Positions 50,976-64,000 of a stretch of DNA of 64,000 nucleotides are shown in pieces. The notes under the pieces are model-generated. The model searched no databases. It saw only the letters and a program-made list of their open reading frames with translations, and was not told the DNA's origin. The DNA is taken from the NCBI GenBank assembly GCA_964106645.2, contig OZ067048.1, one strand, 5' to 3'. The number at the start of each line of letters is the position of its first letter. Within the stretch, counting starts at the first letter, position 1. The stretch comes from Podarcis pityusensis. Its lineage: Eukaryota. Both the position numbers and the translations under genes were made by a program.

Positions 50976-52806
50976 CCAGGAAGTATGCGCCTCTAAAATA
51001 TACTGAACCTTTAATGCTTCTGCATGGGAAGTGTGGCTTAATCTCTTACTGTCAGTTCCATGGCTGCTCATGGGTATCACAGTGCCTTTGGATCAATAGC
51101 ATTGGTTTACAGTAGATCAGTATCATCTGGCTCCATTACAAAGGCAAAAACTAAAGTGCAAGCCCCCACAGCTCATTAGATGTATCATACGCTAGACAAC
51201 CGATGAGTAACTCAGGAACTGACATTAGAGCACTCTTTGGTTTCAGTTGCCAGTGTGTTATTTAGTCCTGATGAGGCAAACGTGCTTCCAGGTTCTGGCC
51301 TCTTTATTAGGTCCTATTATATCTGACTTTACATTCTAAAGCTTTCTTTCTGCACCCGGATTAATAAGATTGGTTTCAGCTTAAGGAAATAATAATGGAG
51401 ATGTTTGGCACTACATGAAACATTGCAAAAGCCCTGACAGATGTTTCAGATGGACAAAAATTAGATAGATATAACATGCTACGCACAATGTCCTTAATGT
51501 CCGTTTCACTTCTATTCATGGTTTCTTCTCACTTCCCACCCCACTCCATGTCCCACTTTGTCTGTCTAATGTATGATGCAACATCACCCTGTTTGTGATT
51601 TTTGGAGTATGGAATTCTGATGGTTTTCACATCTATTATTTTCCCCCCTCCAAAACAGATTGAGAGGCAACTACCTCAGTCCTTAATTAGTACTTCTTGT
51701 TTAGGGGTAAGCCAATGACAATTAAGATGATGATTAAAAACCTTTTTATCTTGCTCTTTGGCAAAAACAAAACAAAATCCCAAGTTTTACAAATATAATT
51801 GATAAGGCAATCTCTGTCCTTGGGCTCACAAGCATAACAGAAGAGGAAAAGGGACCGAGGAAGGGCAAATTTTGGCACTGCTTCTTAGTTACTGAGTTCT
51901 TGTAGTGACCAGCTGGAATGGAAGCATTTAGAAATGAGGAGTCAAAAGTTGCTGGTGTTTCAGCAGAGCTAAAGGAGAGTCCCTGAAGTTTCCTATTTCC
52001 CTCTCCTATAGCCTGATGGAATGGATAAACCAATAGACAAAATGCATTGACCAGGTAGGAGTCTTATTTCGTCCCAGATGCTGCTGTTTCAAGATTGTGC
52101 TCAGGTTGCATCGACCTTTAAGATCTTCCTCTAAAATACCAAATGTATACTGTGTGCAACTGTGGGATTTCCTCTCTTTCCTCTCTACGGATTTAGCCAA
52201 ACTTGGGGTAATCTGCGCCTCATTCTGGGAGCTGGAGTTTCCTGCATTTCTATTTAAATTATTCTAATTATTCCTAAATTTATATCTGTACATAAAAGCC
52301 ACTGCACGGAAATGTGTGTTGCCCTTTGTCTCCTTGGCTGGTGATGCAAATCCGCATTCTTGGCGTTGAGTCTGTGGCCTCTCTACCTAGAGGGATGATG
52401 GGTGCTCATTTCCTTTTGTATTTTCACAGGCACAGCCAAAGTGCCATCCCACATCCTGGGCTACTTTTGGGAAGTCAAGTTATGCTACTGGCCAGGAGTA
52501 TGTTTTACCAACTTCCACAAACTTCACCCCTTCCCTAAAATGGAATTTTACATTGCTTTGAACTGTTTTTAATATTGTGTTTTAACATTAATGCTGTGTT
52601 TTAATTGTTGTAAGGTGAAGGGTGGGTTATAAATTGCAACAATAATAATACTGTAATGCTGAATGTTGCAAGGCTCAGGGCAGACAAACAGAAATACTTC
52701 TTACATACCACATAGTTAAAATAAGCAGCGTTCCACCCTTGTTGCAAACTGAATGCTCCAATGGGGATGATGCTACATCATGATGAAGAATCTTTCTATT
52801 TGGGCT

Positions 52807-53156
52807 AAAGGTAAACGGACCCCTGACCATTAGGTCCAGTCGTGGCCGACTCTGGGGTTGTGGCGCTCATCTCGCTTTATTGGCCAAGGGAGCCGGCGTA
52901 CAGCTTCTGGGTCATGTGGCCAGCATGACTAAGCCGCTTTTGGCGAACCAGAGCAGCGCACAGAAATGCCGTTTACCTTCCCACCGGAGTGGTACCTATT
53001 TATCTACTTGCACTTTGACGTGCTTTCGAACTGCTAGGTTGGCAGGAGCAGGGACCGAGCAACGGGAGCTCACCCCGTCGGGGGATTCGAACCACCAACC
53101 TTCTGATCAGCAAGTCCTAGGCTCTGTGGTTTAACCCACAGCACCACCCGCCTCCC
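52807..53156 (-). mobile_element. Sauria SINE, full length, young
   Basis: aaaggtaaacggacccctgaccattaggtccagtcg..ggcgctcatctcgc..ttaacccacagcaccaccc; many CpGs retained. Confidence 0.92.
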
Positions 53157-53730
53157 TCTAATTGGGCTACTCTGCATGAAATTAAAGCAGGTAGCCCTAC
53201 TGCCCTTTGAAGAGGCATCAAAGCTGTTTGTCTCCATGTGGAAGGAAGTAGAAGCCCCTGCCTGCTTCTCTTTAATGTCAGTGTACCTCCACTGCCCTAA
53301 GTAACAAAATTCACCCAAGACTCAAAGATTATTCTAATCTTTGGGCACATGTTTGCCTACTTGCCCCCCACTTCTGGATCAAACCCCAAAAAAAGTCTGC
53401 ATGCAATGTTTTGGACCACTAGTAAAGACATAGATACACTTGATATGACAAATGTTCAATGGGTATCGTTTAATTATCCAATATTTTCACATTCTACCTG
53501 CCTCAGAACAATTCGAAGCAATTCACGTGATTGTGTTTGTCATTTGAAAAGTACAATTATCCCATTATAGCAGTGGTTGTGTGAAACAGTGATTGCAGCT
53601 CTATTAAAGGATCATACTTCCACAAAAGCTGGAAAGAAATTTACCTCCTCCTAAGCTGAAGGCTTATGAAGAAGGTCTTCTGGAAAACAGCAGTGCTTCT
53701 GGAGGATATGGAACATGACCCCCTGGTGAC

Positions 53731-53820
53731 CATAGCTGTCAACGTTTCCCTTTTATTAAGGGAAATTCCCTTATTACGAATAGGATTCCTCTCAAGAAAA
53801 GGGAAAAGTTGACAGCTATG
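53731..53820. mobile_element. 90-bp MITE with 8-bp TSD (hAT or P superfamily)
   Basis: Perfect TSD CTGGTGAC (53723-53730, 53821-53828); TIR CATAGCTGTCAAC(G/T)TTTCCCTTTT. Confidence 0.92.
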
Positions 53821-54745
53821 CTGGTGACAATTTAAGAGACAATGTAAACACACTAGTGAATTTTTAAAAATTAGAAGGAGAATTTCATAAATGGCATGCC
53901 ACCTTTAAAAAAAAGAGGAGGGAACCCACCCAAGATCTCAGTGCAGCAAATATCCCGAGGACAGAGCGCTTCACATATATCATTAGAAGGTGTGCTGGTG
54001 TGGTAACCATCTGTAAACTTGGCTCCAGGAGAGTTTTGCCCGGCTCCCTCCCTGTTAGCTCAGCAATTTCCCAGTGGTCGGTCTGTCTTGCCATAATCAC
54101 ACGCTGGCGCCACAGGCATGTTTCTTAACTGTACACTGTACCTTGTAATGAGCGCATACTAAAATATACCACTGCTCCAGCTCCGGGACAGCCATGACCT
54201 CAGACTCAACAGCTCAACACCATGTTTGCTTATATAGTGTACCTGATAAAAAGGATGCCAGCTGAAATGAATGAAGCTTTCTCTCTCTCTCTCTCTCTCT
54301 CTCAGTTTTAGTGGTACATGGAGTATGAATTATTTCAGTTGCACTCCATTCTTAAATTACCTTTAAAATGTCAGCTGAATGGAAGTAGCCAGCTCCCAGA
54401 AAGCCACTGGTTGGGCTGCTTCATCCAGGATGTCTGAGAAAGTTGGAGAAGAGGAATTCCTGAAGGATAGCCACACAAGATTTTCCCCTCCCATAAGCCA
54501 AACTTTAGTACTTAAATTCTTAACATCCCATCTAATTATTTTCAGAAATGCTAAATAAACAATTGTTCCCCCTACATTGTTTAAAAAGGAGACGAAACAA
54601 ATGTGTGTGCAGGAGAAGGAACACAGCAGGTTGACTAAACTTCCTCAGTTGCTGCCATGCACATAGATCAATAAATTTATTAGGAGTCAAGCAAACGAGC
54701 CCATTTGATTGGCAACTTATTTGTTACTCATTTTCTTGCATTTCT

Positions 54746-56853
54746 TTTTTTTAAAAATGATGTTTATTGAGAATTTTAAAGTTACAAAGAAAAAAGAAAG
54801 AAAAGACAAGAAAAAGAGAAAAAGAGAGAAAGAAGTAGATAAACATGACAATTAAACAATACAGATCAATAAAAACCAAAGTAAAAAAAAAAAACAAATA
54901 ACAAAACACAATGGATCTAAATCAAAAAACAAAAATAAACAAACATTTAAAAAACAAGTCTAATATTCCCAAATCCTTAACTTTCATTAACTTATTTCAA
55001 TGACCTCCTCACACCTCCCTTTTTTGTATTCTAGTTGTTAATTATCTCAGCAAATCCTTTCCATCTTTCACAATATTCTGTCATTTAAATTACCTTAATC
55101 TATTTTAACCTTATCTTACCCTAAAAAACCCTAAAACTTAAAACTTAAATCTTATATATACCAAATTCTTTTAACCATAACATATTCTTACATAGTTCGT
55201 TTTAACATTTCTGCTAAAGCCAAATAATTTCATTCCAACATTTTTCTAATAGTCATTAATTTTACAATACTTTTCTAAATAAATTTTGGAACTTTCTTCC
55301 AATCTTCATCCATCGTCTCTTCTTCCTGGTCTCGGGTTTTGTCAGTCCTTTCTCGTCCATCTAATCCATCAACCTGGTGCTCTTATGTCCGAGGCTCTTA
55401 AGTCTTTTCCATGTCCCTTCTGCAGGTCTTCTTGTTTATACCTGCCCTTTACTTTGTCTTTTGTTGATCTTTTTCTTATTCTTTCCTTTCTCATTGGGGG
55501 GTAGGTCTCGGGAGGACTCCAATCCAAAAGTATCTCCATCTCTCCTCAGCAGATCAGCCCATTCCCCACAGTCCCATTCCCCACAGTGAACACTGTAATC
55601 CAGAAAGTGTTTAAAAACATGTTTCAAAGTCTTTCCAAAATTAAGAGCCCTCACAACTCCAGACCCCCCCTGGTCCACTCCAGATTCAAACTTCAAGAAC
55701 AGCGGCTTATACTCCTGCAAGGCCTCAGATCTCTCCATTTGTGTTATTTGAGGTTCAACAGCAACCTCCTCCATTTTCTTCTGCACTTGCGCTTGCCCTA
55801 TCAAAACGGATTCCTGGGCTGGTTCCTGAATGGTTTCTATATGGGTATTCGCCGTTTGTCCAAAGTTTTTAACTGCAACAGTCATCAAATCCATCTTCTC
55901 ATGCATCTGCTCCAGCAAAGCACTTGTCTTGCAAAAAGCAAGCACCAAGACTTCTTGTAAACACTTCCCCCCCCCCCAAGGTTAGAGTCTGGTCTCACGA
56001 TCCTAATCATACAGCTGTGAGGTCCCCAGATCAGCTCCGGCCACAAATTAACAGGCTCCCTCTAGAGGAGACAGTTTCTATTTGTATCCATCTTTTAAAA
56101 GCTGGACCAACAAAGAAAAGTTACTTTCACTTTTCAAATACTTTGTTTCTTTTGATTGCAAGAAGCAACATTGGAGTCAATTTATTTCTCTCTCTTCTTT
56201 TTTTTTTACTATCTGTCAAAAGACGTTCCGTTCACAGTCGATGAACTTCCCCATAAATTTCTGTCTCTGACACCCCGTTCCCAGGTTTGAGACGGTGGAA
56301 AATTTATCTTTCTTTACTCTCTCTCCTGCAGGCTTAAACAGTCAAAAATCCCCCTCTGAAGGAAATTTAGAACTTTATATACGACTTTCCAGACTTTAGC
56401 TTACAAAGTTTTTGCTTCAATCTATTTACAAAAAACGGGAGGCGGACTTCCTGTTTAGAACCTTCCCGTTTCGGTGCCAAATTAAAATATTTCCTAATAC
56501 TTAATCCAATTTTCCGTTCTACTCACGGGTACTTGTTTAGAGTCCAATTGTCCACAGGAAAAAAGTCAGCGCTCTCCGGCAACGGCTGTGCGGCTTCACT
56601 CCGTAAAATTAGCGGTTGATTCAAAACACCGCGCCACTCACCCCACATCGCTTCAGACCCCTGAAAAAGGGTTTCCCTGCGAGTAGGGGAGGCGCTCCTG
56701 GTGTCAGCCGAATCCCATGTTCCCAGGCTTCCTCCCCCTGGGATTTTTAAAGGGTCTTCGCCTTCGCCGCGGCGGCAAGACCCGATTTTCATGGAGCGGG
56801 TTCCTCTCGGTCAGAGGAACTCCGCCATTGCCGATGGCGCTGTCCCGGAAGTC
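54746..56853 (-). mobile_element. Non-autonomous, internally deleted L1-derived retroposon
   Basis: 17-bp TSD CATTTTCTTGCATTTCT (54729-54745, 56854-56870); CpG-rich 5' end gacttccggg..atggcgg; coiled-coil-like ORF 55948-55436; ORF2-like C-terminal remnant DWKK..YLEKYCKINDY*; T-rich 3'UTR, AATAAA and poly(A). Confidence 0.88.
55436..55948 (-). pseudogene. L1 ORF1-like coiled-coil coding remnant
   Basis: 170-codon open frame rich in E/Q/K/M heptad-like runs (SALLEQMHEKMDLMTVAVKN), located where ORF1 would lie in the element. Confidence 0.5.
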
Positions 56854-56870
56854 CATTTTCTTGCATTTCT

Positions 56871-57050
56871 ATCCCACCTTTCCTTCCAGGAGCTCCAGAA
56901 GGTGTCTATAGTTATCCTCTTCCATATTTTATCTTCAAAGCAACCACGAGAGGTAGGCTGGGCTGAGAGGCAGTAACTGGTGCAAGATCTCACAGTGAGC
57001 TTCATGGCCAAGTAGGGCTTTGAACCCTGGTCTCCCAGGCCCAGTCTTAT
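56871..57050 (-). mobile_element. Older tRNA/CORE-type SINE (target of the L1-derived insertion)
   Basis: atcccacc..ggagctc..aggtaggctgggctgagaggcagt..agcttcatggc..tttgaaccctggtctccc; same family as 63240-63440. Confidence 0.7.
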
Positions 57051-59419
57051 TGCTACATGACACATTCCTTGTTCACTCAGCCCTTTCCATTGTTTCCATG
57101 CTTGTACTAGTATTACCACATGGTAGATACATGTCGGAAATTTCAAGTTATTCATTGGGTGGGCTTGGGCAAAGTGAAAGTCTCTTGATAAACCAGGTAG
57201 GGGTGTTTCTCAAAAAATAAATAAATGGGGAGAGGGTTGCTGCTTACTTTACTTAACTTTACAAGGTGGCCAAGGGGTTCCTCCAGCTGCTTGCTTTATA
57301 ACTTTTTAAAAAATCCCTGTGCTGGTCAGAGCAGTGCAAGGCACCCTGAATCATCTCTGCAAACTGCAGGCCTCAATTGCCAGCCTCAAAGAAAGCAACA
57401 GAAGATTGGCCCTCATTTGATCAGGAGAGGAACTTTTGGGTGAACCTAGAGGGGGAATTTCATCCAGTCCTACCACATAGGGGTTTCATAGGGACAGTGG
57501 AGAGACTGGGTGGGTATAAGGGTAAGCTCTCTCTCTTTGCACTGATATGTTTGAATGACTAAGATGAGTACTGTAAGCAACAGGGAACGTGCTTTTTGGG
57601 GGTTCATCTGTACCAAATGCCTTTACAAAGCTATAGCACTGGGAACTGGAATTGCACAAAAAGATCGCTCTGTACAAACGGGAGGTGAATCATGTAGTTT
57701 GCAGACATAGGGAGATAACTAGCCCTTTAGTGACTGTTGTTTTTGGATGCCAGGAACTGAAACAGGATCTGCATTTTGTAATATTTACAAGACCAGTCCA
57801 TTTTTTCCTAGGATTCCTAGCATACTTAAACTAGGAACATTTCCAATCCTGATGCAATTTGATATTCAAACTCTCTACACAGGCTGGGGAAGTTAGGCAA
57901 CCATGAAAGATTCTGACATTCAGTTTAAGTATTTGTGTGATACTGAAGTTGTAGGGATAAAACCATCATCTGCTTAGATCACTTCTTTGCATTTTCCTGG
58001 GGCTTATACCTAGGTTTCAAGTCTGTGTGGGTCTTTATGGGTTTGGGAACACAGCCAAGACGCTTGTGAACCCTACGAATGGGCTCCTAGAAAGATGCGC
58101 CCATTCCTTCATATGCAAAGCCTTTTCATCTTGTAATTCCCCGTGGAACGTGGCCAGAAGTGCATACTATGAAATGCTAGAGAGTCCAGTTGACAGAAGT
58201 GTGGTCCCTAACTCGCACACACCAATAATAAATGAAAGAAACTATTTCTAAAAATTTAATTCAGACCATCTTTTCTTGCTTCAGAATAAGGCACGCCACA
58301 ATCTGAGGCTGTCTCATATGACATAACAATGATTTACAGGTAAGAAAGACATAAAATGCAGTCAATGACATCCATGCCAGCTTTGACAAGACACGGGTAG
58401 ATTGCTGCAGCTGTTCTGCTGTGCTATACAGACGTCCAACACGAGCAAAAGTCAGACTCATTTTCCAAGCATTTTCCAAAGTTTCCCTACCTCCTCCCTT
58501 CTCCCAACCTTATGACTGTAAAAAGAGCCATAATTCACCAGGTAAGGTTCTTAAAAGCACCTTGCATTTGGGTGACATTAGCTAGAGCAGCTGCTATCAT
58601 AGTCCTGCTAGAATAACAGCTATTTATCATCAAAACACTTTTTTTTAAAAAAAAAAAGGATGAGAGTTTTTAAAGTACTGCATGCAGAGTATGTTTTACA
58701 TAATAATTTCCTCTTGTTTTAATGGAATGCTTCAAGAGCAGATACACAGTTTATGCAGCACTGAATTTATTTCAGAAGTTATTTTGAGACCCTTTGATGG
58801 GCTGGTTACAGGGCGAGGCTCCCTGGGTGGGGCGTGCTGTGTGGTTCTTTGCCCTGGAAATGGTGACTTAGCAGAGCAGTTCATTTGGAACTGTAAGCAA
58901 TGGTCAACTGCTAGGCAAAATTAAAGTACCAAAGCTGTAGTTTTCCTATTTTCCTTGCTGGCAACTGACTGCGGTCTCATGATAGCCTGCTTTGTCTTCT
59001 ACAAATTCTTTCCTGCAGGTACCACATGCTCAAGAGAATGAATCTTGAGTGGCCAGTCTTGCTATATTTGATGTTAACATTTAATAGTTTGGATTTACAA
59101 AATACTGGTCATCATCAAAGTATTTCCCTACATAAGTGCCAGTTCAAACATGGAGGCACATCAGTTGATTTTGCTTCTCTGGATTACTTTCCATTTGATA
59201 AGTACTAACAGCTGAGCATCTGAACCAACTAAAAGCCATTAGCCCCATACAGATGCTATGTTGAATGCATGCATAAAAAGGTGGGGTAATAATAATAATA
59301 ATAATGCTTAATCAGCATTCAAGCAAGATAGCAAGAGCCAGTTTTGAGCAAAAGTGGAAGTATAAAGCATTCTTCTTGAACTACATGGCATTTCCCAAGA
59401 AATACTTCTGCAGAGCTTC

Positions 59420-60009
59420 CTCTTTCGGCGCGTGCATTCGGAACACCCGCCCACCTCTCCCTACTTTTAGGGCTTGTGTTTGACCTTGCTATGCCATTGT
59501 GTGTCATCTGTCGTTGGGACAGGGGCACAGCAGGAATATTCCCCACTTGGCTGATTAGCTGTTGCCATTTGGGTTTCGCCTGCTGCATAGCAAATCGTCA
59601 CAACTTGTAAGGTTGGGGATAGGCTCTGGTTCAGGTGATAGGGATGGGAGAACGCTCTTGCCATCCCTATGTGAAGGGTATTCCGTTAAAGGAATCCAGG
59701 GACTTGATGGTTTGGTCAACCCCTGAGAGGGGGTTGTGCCCGTGCCTGAGTCCAGGGTGACATTTGGGTGGCGGAGTTGGCCCGTGCCCAGCTTTCCGCT
59801 TATCCAGATGTTCACCCTTGGCTGACCTATGCTGAAACCCTGGGTCAGCGCTACCTGCATGGCAGGGAGCTAGTCGAACCAGAGCCTATGCAACCAGTCA
59901 CTTGATGTAATCAATAAAGTTGTGGCCTAAATTCTGCCAAAAACCAAACTAAAATTGGAGTCATGTGTGAATTTATTTAGGGGGGAGGTTTCTGGCTCTG
60001 AACACGCAA
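59420..60009 (+). mobile_element. LTR-like solo unit, copy 4 (5' boundary approximate)
   Basis: cccgcccacctctccc; tagcaaatcgtcacaac (59588, identical to 36344); aataaagttgtggcc (59913); ends cacgcaa. Confidence 0.75.
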
Positions 60010-60143
60010 ATATCACACATCCACATTCCACACTGCTTCACACATTAAACGCTCGCTTCCGTCTGAGACTCAGGAAACTTCATGAAAGGAAATGAGGCCG
60101 CCATTGGGGGTAGCAACAGAACTGACGATTCACCATGCTAGAG

Positions 60144-60204
60144 TAGATTCACAAAATGTTTAGGGGTCTGCATACCCCTATGTCCCCCCAGAAGAAAAGC
60201 ACTG
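60144..60204. mobile_element. Right end of hAT MITE (family of 15429-15579)
   Basis: tagattcacaaaatgtttaggggt..tacccct..aaaagcactg. Confidence 0.75.
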
Positions 60205-62969
60205 GCTTTACTGGAAAAAACAGCCATTTGGCAAGTCAGAAAAAGAGCTAAAAATGTGGCACAAAATGAGCCCTAAGCTGGAGAGTTCTTTAGTCTTGTT
60301 AAGAATTCTGTTTTTATCCTCAGAACTACACCTGAGTTTATTCAGCTAAAGGTGGGAATAAAAATGGTGGATAATTAATTTCTCCTTTTTATTCATTTAA
60401 TTTATTTATTGCAGTTATTTAAACCCTACCATATAAATCCTACCAACCTGGCTTATAAATAATATTCAATTACATATTTTTACAATACTATAAAAATAGT
60501 AATGTAACAAAAGAACATCAGGATCCTTCCCATATGTCAATCTTGATGCAGCTTGAATTGGACCATTTAGCTCTTAAATAGCCCCCAAATAGTAGGAAAA
60601 GAGCCCTATCCTTGCTCCCCAACTTAAGATGTGAAAGGGCTTCAGGTATTCATCAAATTACAAGGGCTGGATTTGTTGGGTTGACCAATTTTAACTGCTA
60701 GAAAAATGACACGACAGAAAATGTTATAATGCACAAATATGATATACACATAAGAATTATCCGAACCTCCAATTTCTCAATCAAATCCGTGGATAAATCT
60801 ACATTTAACATGTACATCCAGAAGGCTTCTTTCAGCAAAAGGAGCAGATCAGTATCTGCCATGCCTTTTTGTTTGACTATGAGGATAATTTATGGGTGAC
60901 AGGAGAGGCTATGGTGATGTCCCTGATGAGTTTATTTAACCTGTAACACCTGAAAATGGGCTTAGGTCAGGTTATGACGCAGCTGATCAACTCCTTGATC
61001 ACATTCAAGTTGATGGCTCTTTTGAGACAAAAAGTTGCTTAGATTGCAATGACCAGTGCCCTAAACTGTGTCCTCCTTTCTTTCTTTTTTGGCTCATTCC
61101 TGATTTCTCCTGCAGCCCAGCTTGATCTGCCTTTCATTTTCTATTGACAGCAGCTTGATGAGGTCCGCAGCATGAGCTAATCTGTAGCACAGAAGTTACC
61201 AATATGCTGAAAAGTGTACAAGTGGGAGTGGGGGGGATGCTTACAATTACTTAAAAACTGCAGAGCGCTAAGTAATGATTCCCCTTCCCCGGGGGCAGCC
61301 AGTTCCTTTAAAATGGCCAGTTTGATTCCCTGGTTTCCACCACACTGCTACGTTCGGTGCCCACAGTGCCCTGACACAGAGACCACAGCTGGGCGTGGTT
61401 CCTCCCTGCATCAGCCACAGAACAGGGAAGCTATTCTTTGCTCGGTGACTCACGTTTCAACTGGCAAGCCGGCCACAGCCCTCCAGCAGATCTGAGCTAC
61501 AAGCACTGCTGGCATCACAGCGCTCCCCACCCCCTTCCCTCAAACCCAGGCTGCCTTTCCTTTCTTGAAGGCCACCCCCACCCCCACCCCAGTTTAATAA
61601 TAGCCATTGTTCCAACGTTAACCTTGAAAGTCTGGGAGAAAGGACAGCGAAGGGCGTCGCTGTGTGCTATAATGAGCATTTGGTGCTATAGCAGGTGGGG
61701 AAGGCTTTTGGGATCTGGGCAGATTAGGAGGAGAGAGGGCTCTAGCAGATGTTGAAGCAGGATGATGTATTGCTGTTCACTCTGGGATTCAGACAATACC
61801 AGCACAAAAGTAGAACGAGGAAAAGCAGGGGGTGGATTGATCTCCGGGTTGGAAATCAGACATATTGGGGGGGGGGAGAAACATTTGCGGGGAGACAAAC
61901 TAGAAAGAAAAGGTCCGGTTTCTGTTCTCCCCACCCCCTTACATGTGCCAGATCTCTCTCTGAAAATGTGGCCTGGGGTTTGACTTTTTTTACATGGAGA
62001 AAGTCTCGTTACAGCATTGTTCAATTCCTTTTGGAGAGGTGAAGTGGGAAGTGTGGGAAATCTTTTTCTCCTTCCTTCCCTGACACAATATAGAAAGAGC
62101 CAGCATAACCTGGGTCAGGCATATAGACACGTACAAAGGCTTCGACCTACATTCCAAAGGTTAATGGCACTTAGAAATCCAAATTGATTTAGACAGATCT
62201 CATTGCATCTCTTCTAAAATCATTTAATGGTTTAATTCTTAGTGCACTTGATCCATGATAGTGTACAATATCGCCTCTTAGTTAGGGATATCAATGTGGT
62301 CTACATAGTATTGGAACAAACAGAAGATCTTTAGAGAGAAGCTTTGACCTTAGGCTGATCATCTGCCTTGTATTTTAGTCGTCTCTTCACCAAAGACAGG
62401 TAGAGCTTCTCAGCAGGCTTTTGCCCCTATGGTCAGGTAAAGAGATTCAGACTGACCTTTTTGCTTCAAGAGGCAGCACAGATTAGAAGGAGACTCTGGA
62501 AGTCCATATCAGAAGCCAGGCTCTCAAGTTACTAGGTAAATTTTGCTATGTCACGAAAATTTGCATTAGATTACCAAAGCCTGCCAGTTTTGAGTCAGTC
62601 CTAATGGGATCTTTTGCCTCCTGAAAGCAAAGGATTTTTAGATCTGATTCTCTCCCATGCAAATACATACACAAGCCAGACTTTCCCTGGATTAGGAAGG
62701 AGGGATAAAAACATAGGAAGAGTATTGCTGAGTCAGACTAAAGGCCTGACTACAATTCCATTGGTGCAAATCAACACACAAACCTACTGGGGTAATTAAT
62801 GTTAGAAAACAAAACCTATGATCATGTGTGTATTTGCAAATACTAATTGCTGTATGTGTGATTTGCAATGCTGAGTATTTATTTACTTTATTTTTTAAAA
62901 ATGGAGTGTGATTGCCAATCCCTTCATCAATGTAACATGTAGGGGTGTTTTGTTTTTTTTCCCTTTTCT

Positions 62970-63440
62970 TTATTGCATTTGCATCCCATCTTTTTCTTCA
63001 TGAAGAAAAAGAGTTTGGACTTGATATCCTGCCTTTCACTCCCCTTAAGGAGTCTTAAAGCAGCTAACAATCTCGTTTCCCCTCCTCCCCCACAACAAAC
63101 ACTCTGTAAGGTGAGTGAGGCTGAGAGACTTCAGAGAAGTGTGACTAGCCCAAGGTCACCCAGTAGCTGCATGTGGAGGAGCGGAGACGCGAACCCGGTT
63201 CCCCAGATTACGCTCTTAACCACTACACCATGCTGGCTCAAGGAGCTCAAGGTGGCAAACATGGTTCTTCTCCTCCTCCTCACTTAATTCCCACAACATC
63301 CCTGTATGGTAGGTTATCCTGAGAGGCAGTCACTGACCCAAGGTCACCCAGAGAGCTTCATTCATGGCTGAGTGGAAATTTGAACCCTGGTCTTCCAGGT
63401 CCTATTCTGACATTCTAACCACTGCACCACACTGGCCCTC
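62970..63440 (-). mobile_element. Older tRNA/CORE-type SINE, split by the insertion at 63003-63238
   Basis: ttgcatttgcatcccatcttttcttc | aaggagctcaaggtggc..cccaaggtcacccag..tttgaaccctggtc..ctaaccactgcaccacactggc. Confidence 0.7.
63003..63238 (-). mobile_element. Young tRNA-derived SINE (lacertid-type), nested in an older SINE
   Basis: gtttggacttgatatcc..cccaaggtcacccag..gcggagacgcgaacccggttcccc..ctcttaaccactacacc (reversed tRNA A/B boxes). Confidence 0.8.
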
Positions 63441-64000
63441 GGTGAGTTAGGCTCTCAAGGTAAGGAATGGGGGAGAAATTAGGTTCCATTTGCAATTTAA
63501 TGTGAAATTACATGATCTGCATCTGCTGGGGGAAAATACTGGAACTGAAATACACCTACCCTTCAAAATGCAGACTTCTCTGAATTTTGAAATTAAGTTC
63601 TCCAATCAAATAATGCGGACATTAGGGGAAAGCGTGTATGAAAAATGAATATATTAGCGGCAGTGCACTCTGTTGCCATTGGTGTGAGAGAGAGTTAAAA
63701 ATCTCAATAAAAGTGAATGGGAAAACCTCAGTGAGTCACAGCTCAATTCCTTAGGGGCAGGACACAGAAGTTCATTTTACATTGAATACAACCCCTTGTT
63801 TTGAAAATATTGGTCCTAGGGATTTTTCCCCCAGCCATAACTGAGTTGTGACACCTCTCAGATGGGCACCATTGGCTTTGTAAGAGAACAAGGGAGATAT
63901 TCATCGTGAGTTCTGGCACCTCTGTTTCTAGAAAAATAGCACTGATTGGTCCTATTATGGTCATATCATCTTTGCACCCTCAACCTGCCCATTAGCCTGG

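Noticed and set aside
60915-60965. ctgatgag...gaaa resembling a hammerhead core (also ctgatgag at ~51268 and ~14518)
   Set aside because: No stem II pairing or no GAAA at the required position.

Overview
Vertebrate genomic DNA, almost certainly a squamate reptile and most likely a lacertid lizard. This is inferred from the repeat landscape: Sauria SINEs, Bov-B, CR1, L2 and a lacertid-type tRNA/CORE SINE. I found no supportable host protein-coding exon, tRNA or rRNA gene; the window looks like a large intron or intergenic tract dominated by transposable elements, with one 148-N gap. Highlights: (1) an almost intact single-ORF L2 LINE (APE+RT) broken only by one extra G in a homopolymer; (2) a 2.1-kb TSD-flanked, internally deleted L1-derived retroposon with no EN/RT; (3) four related LTR-like solo units lacking TG..CA ends, possibly Ngaro/DIRS tyrosine-recombinase retrotransposon repeats; (4) a Penelope-derived hairpin with two degenerate hammerhead-ribozyme cores; (5) a multi-layer nested insertion around about 0.8 kb of unexplained cargo; (6) several MITEs with clean TSDs and three 5S rRNA-derived SINE remnants. 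Family names come from recalled motifs, not database searches.
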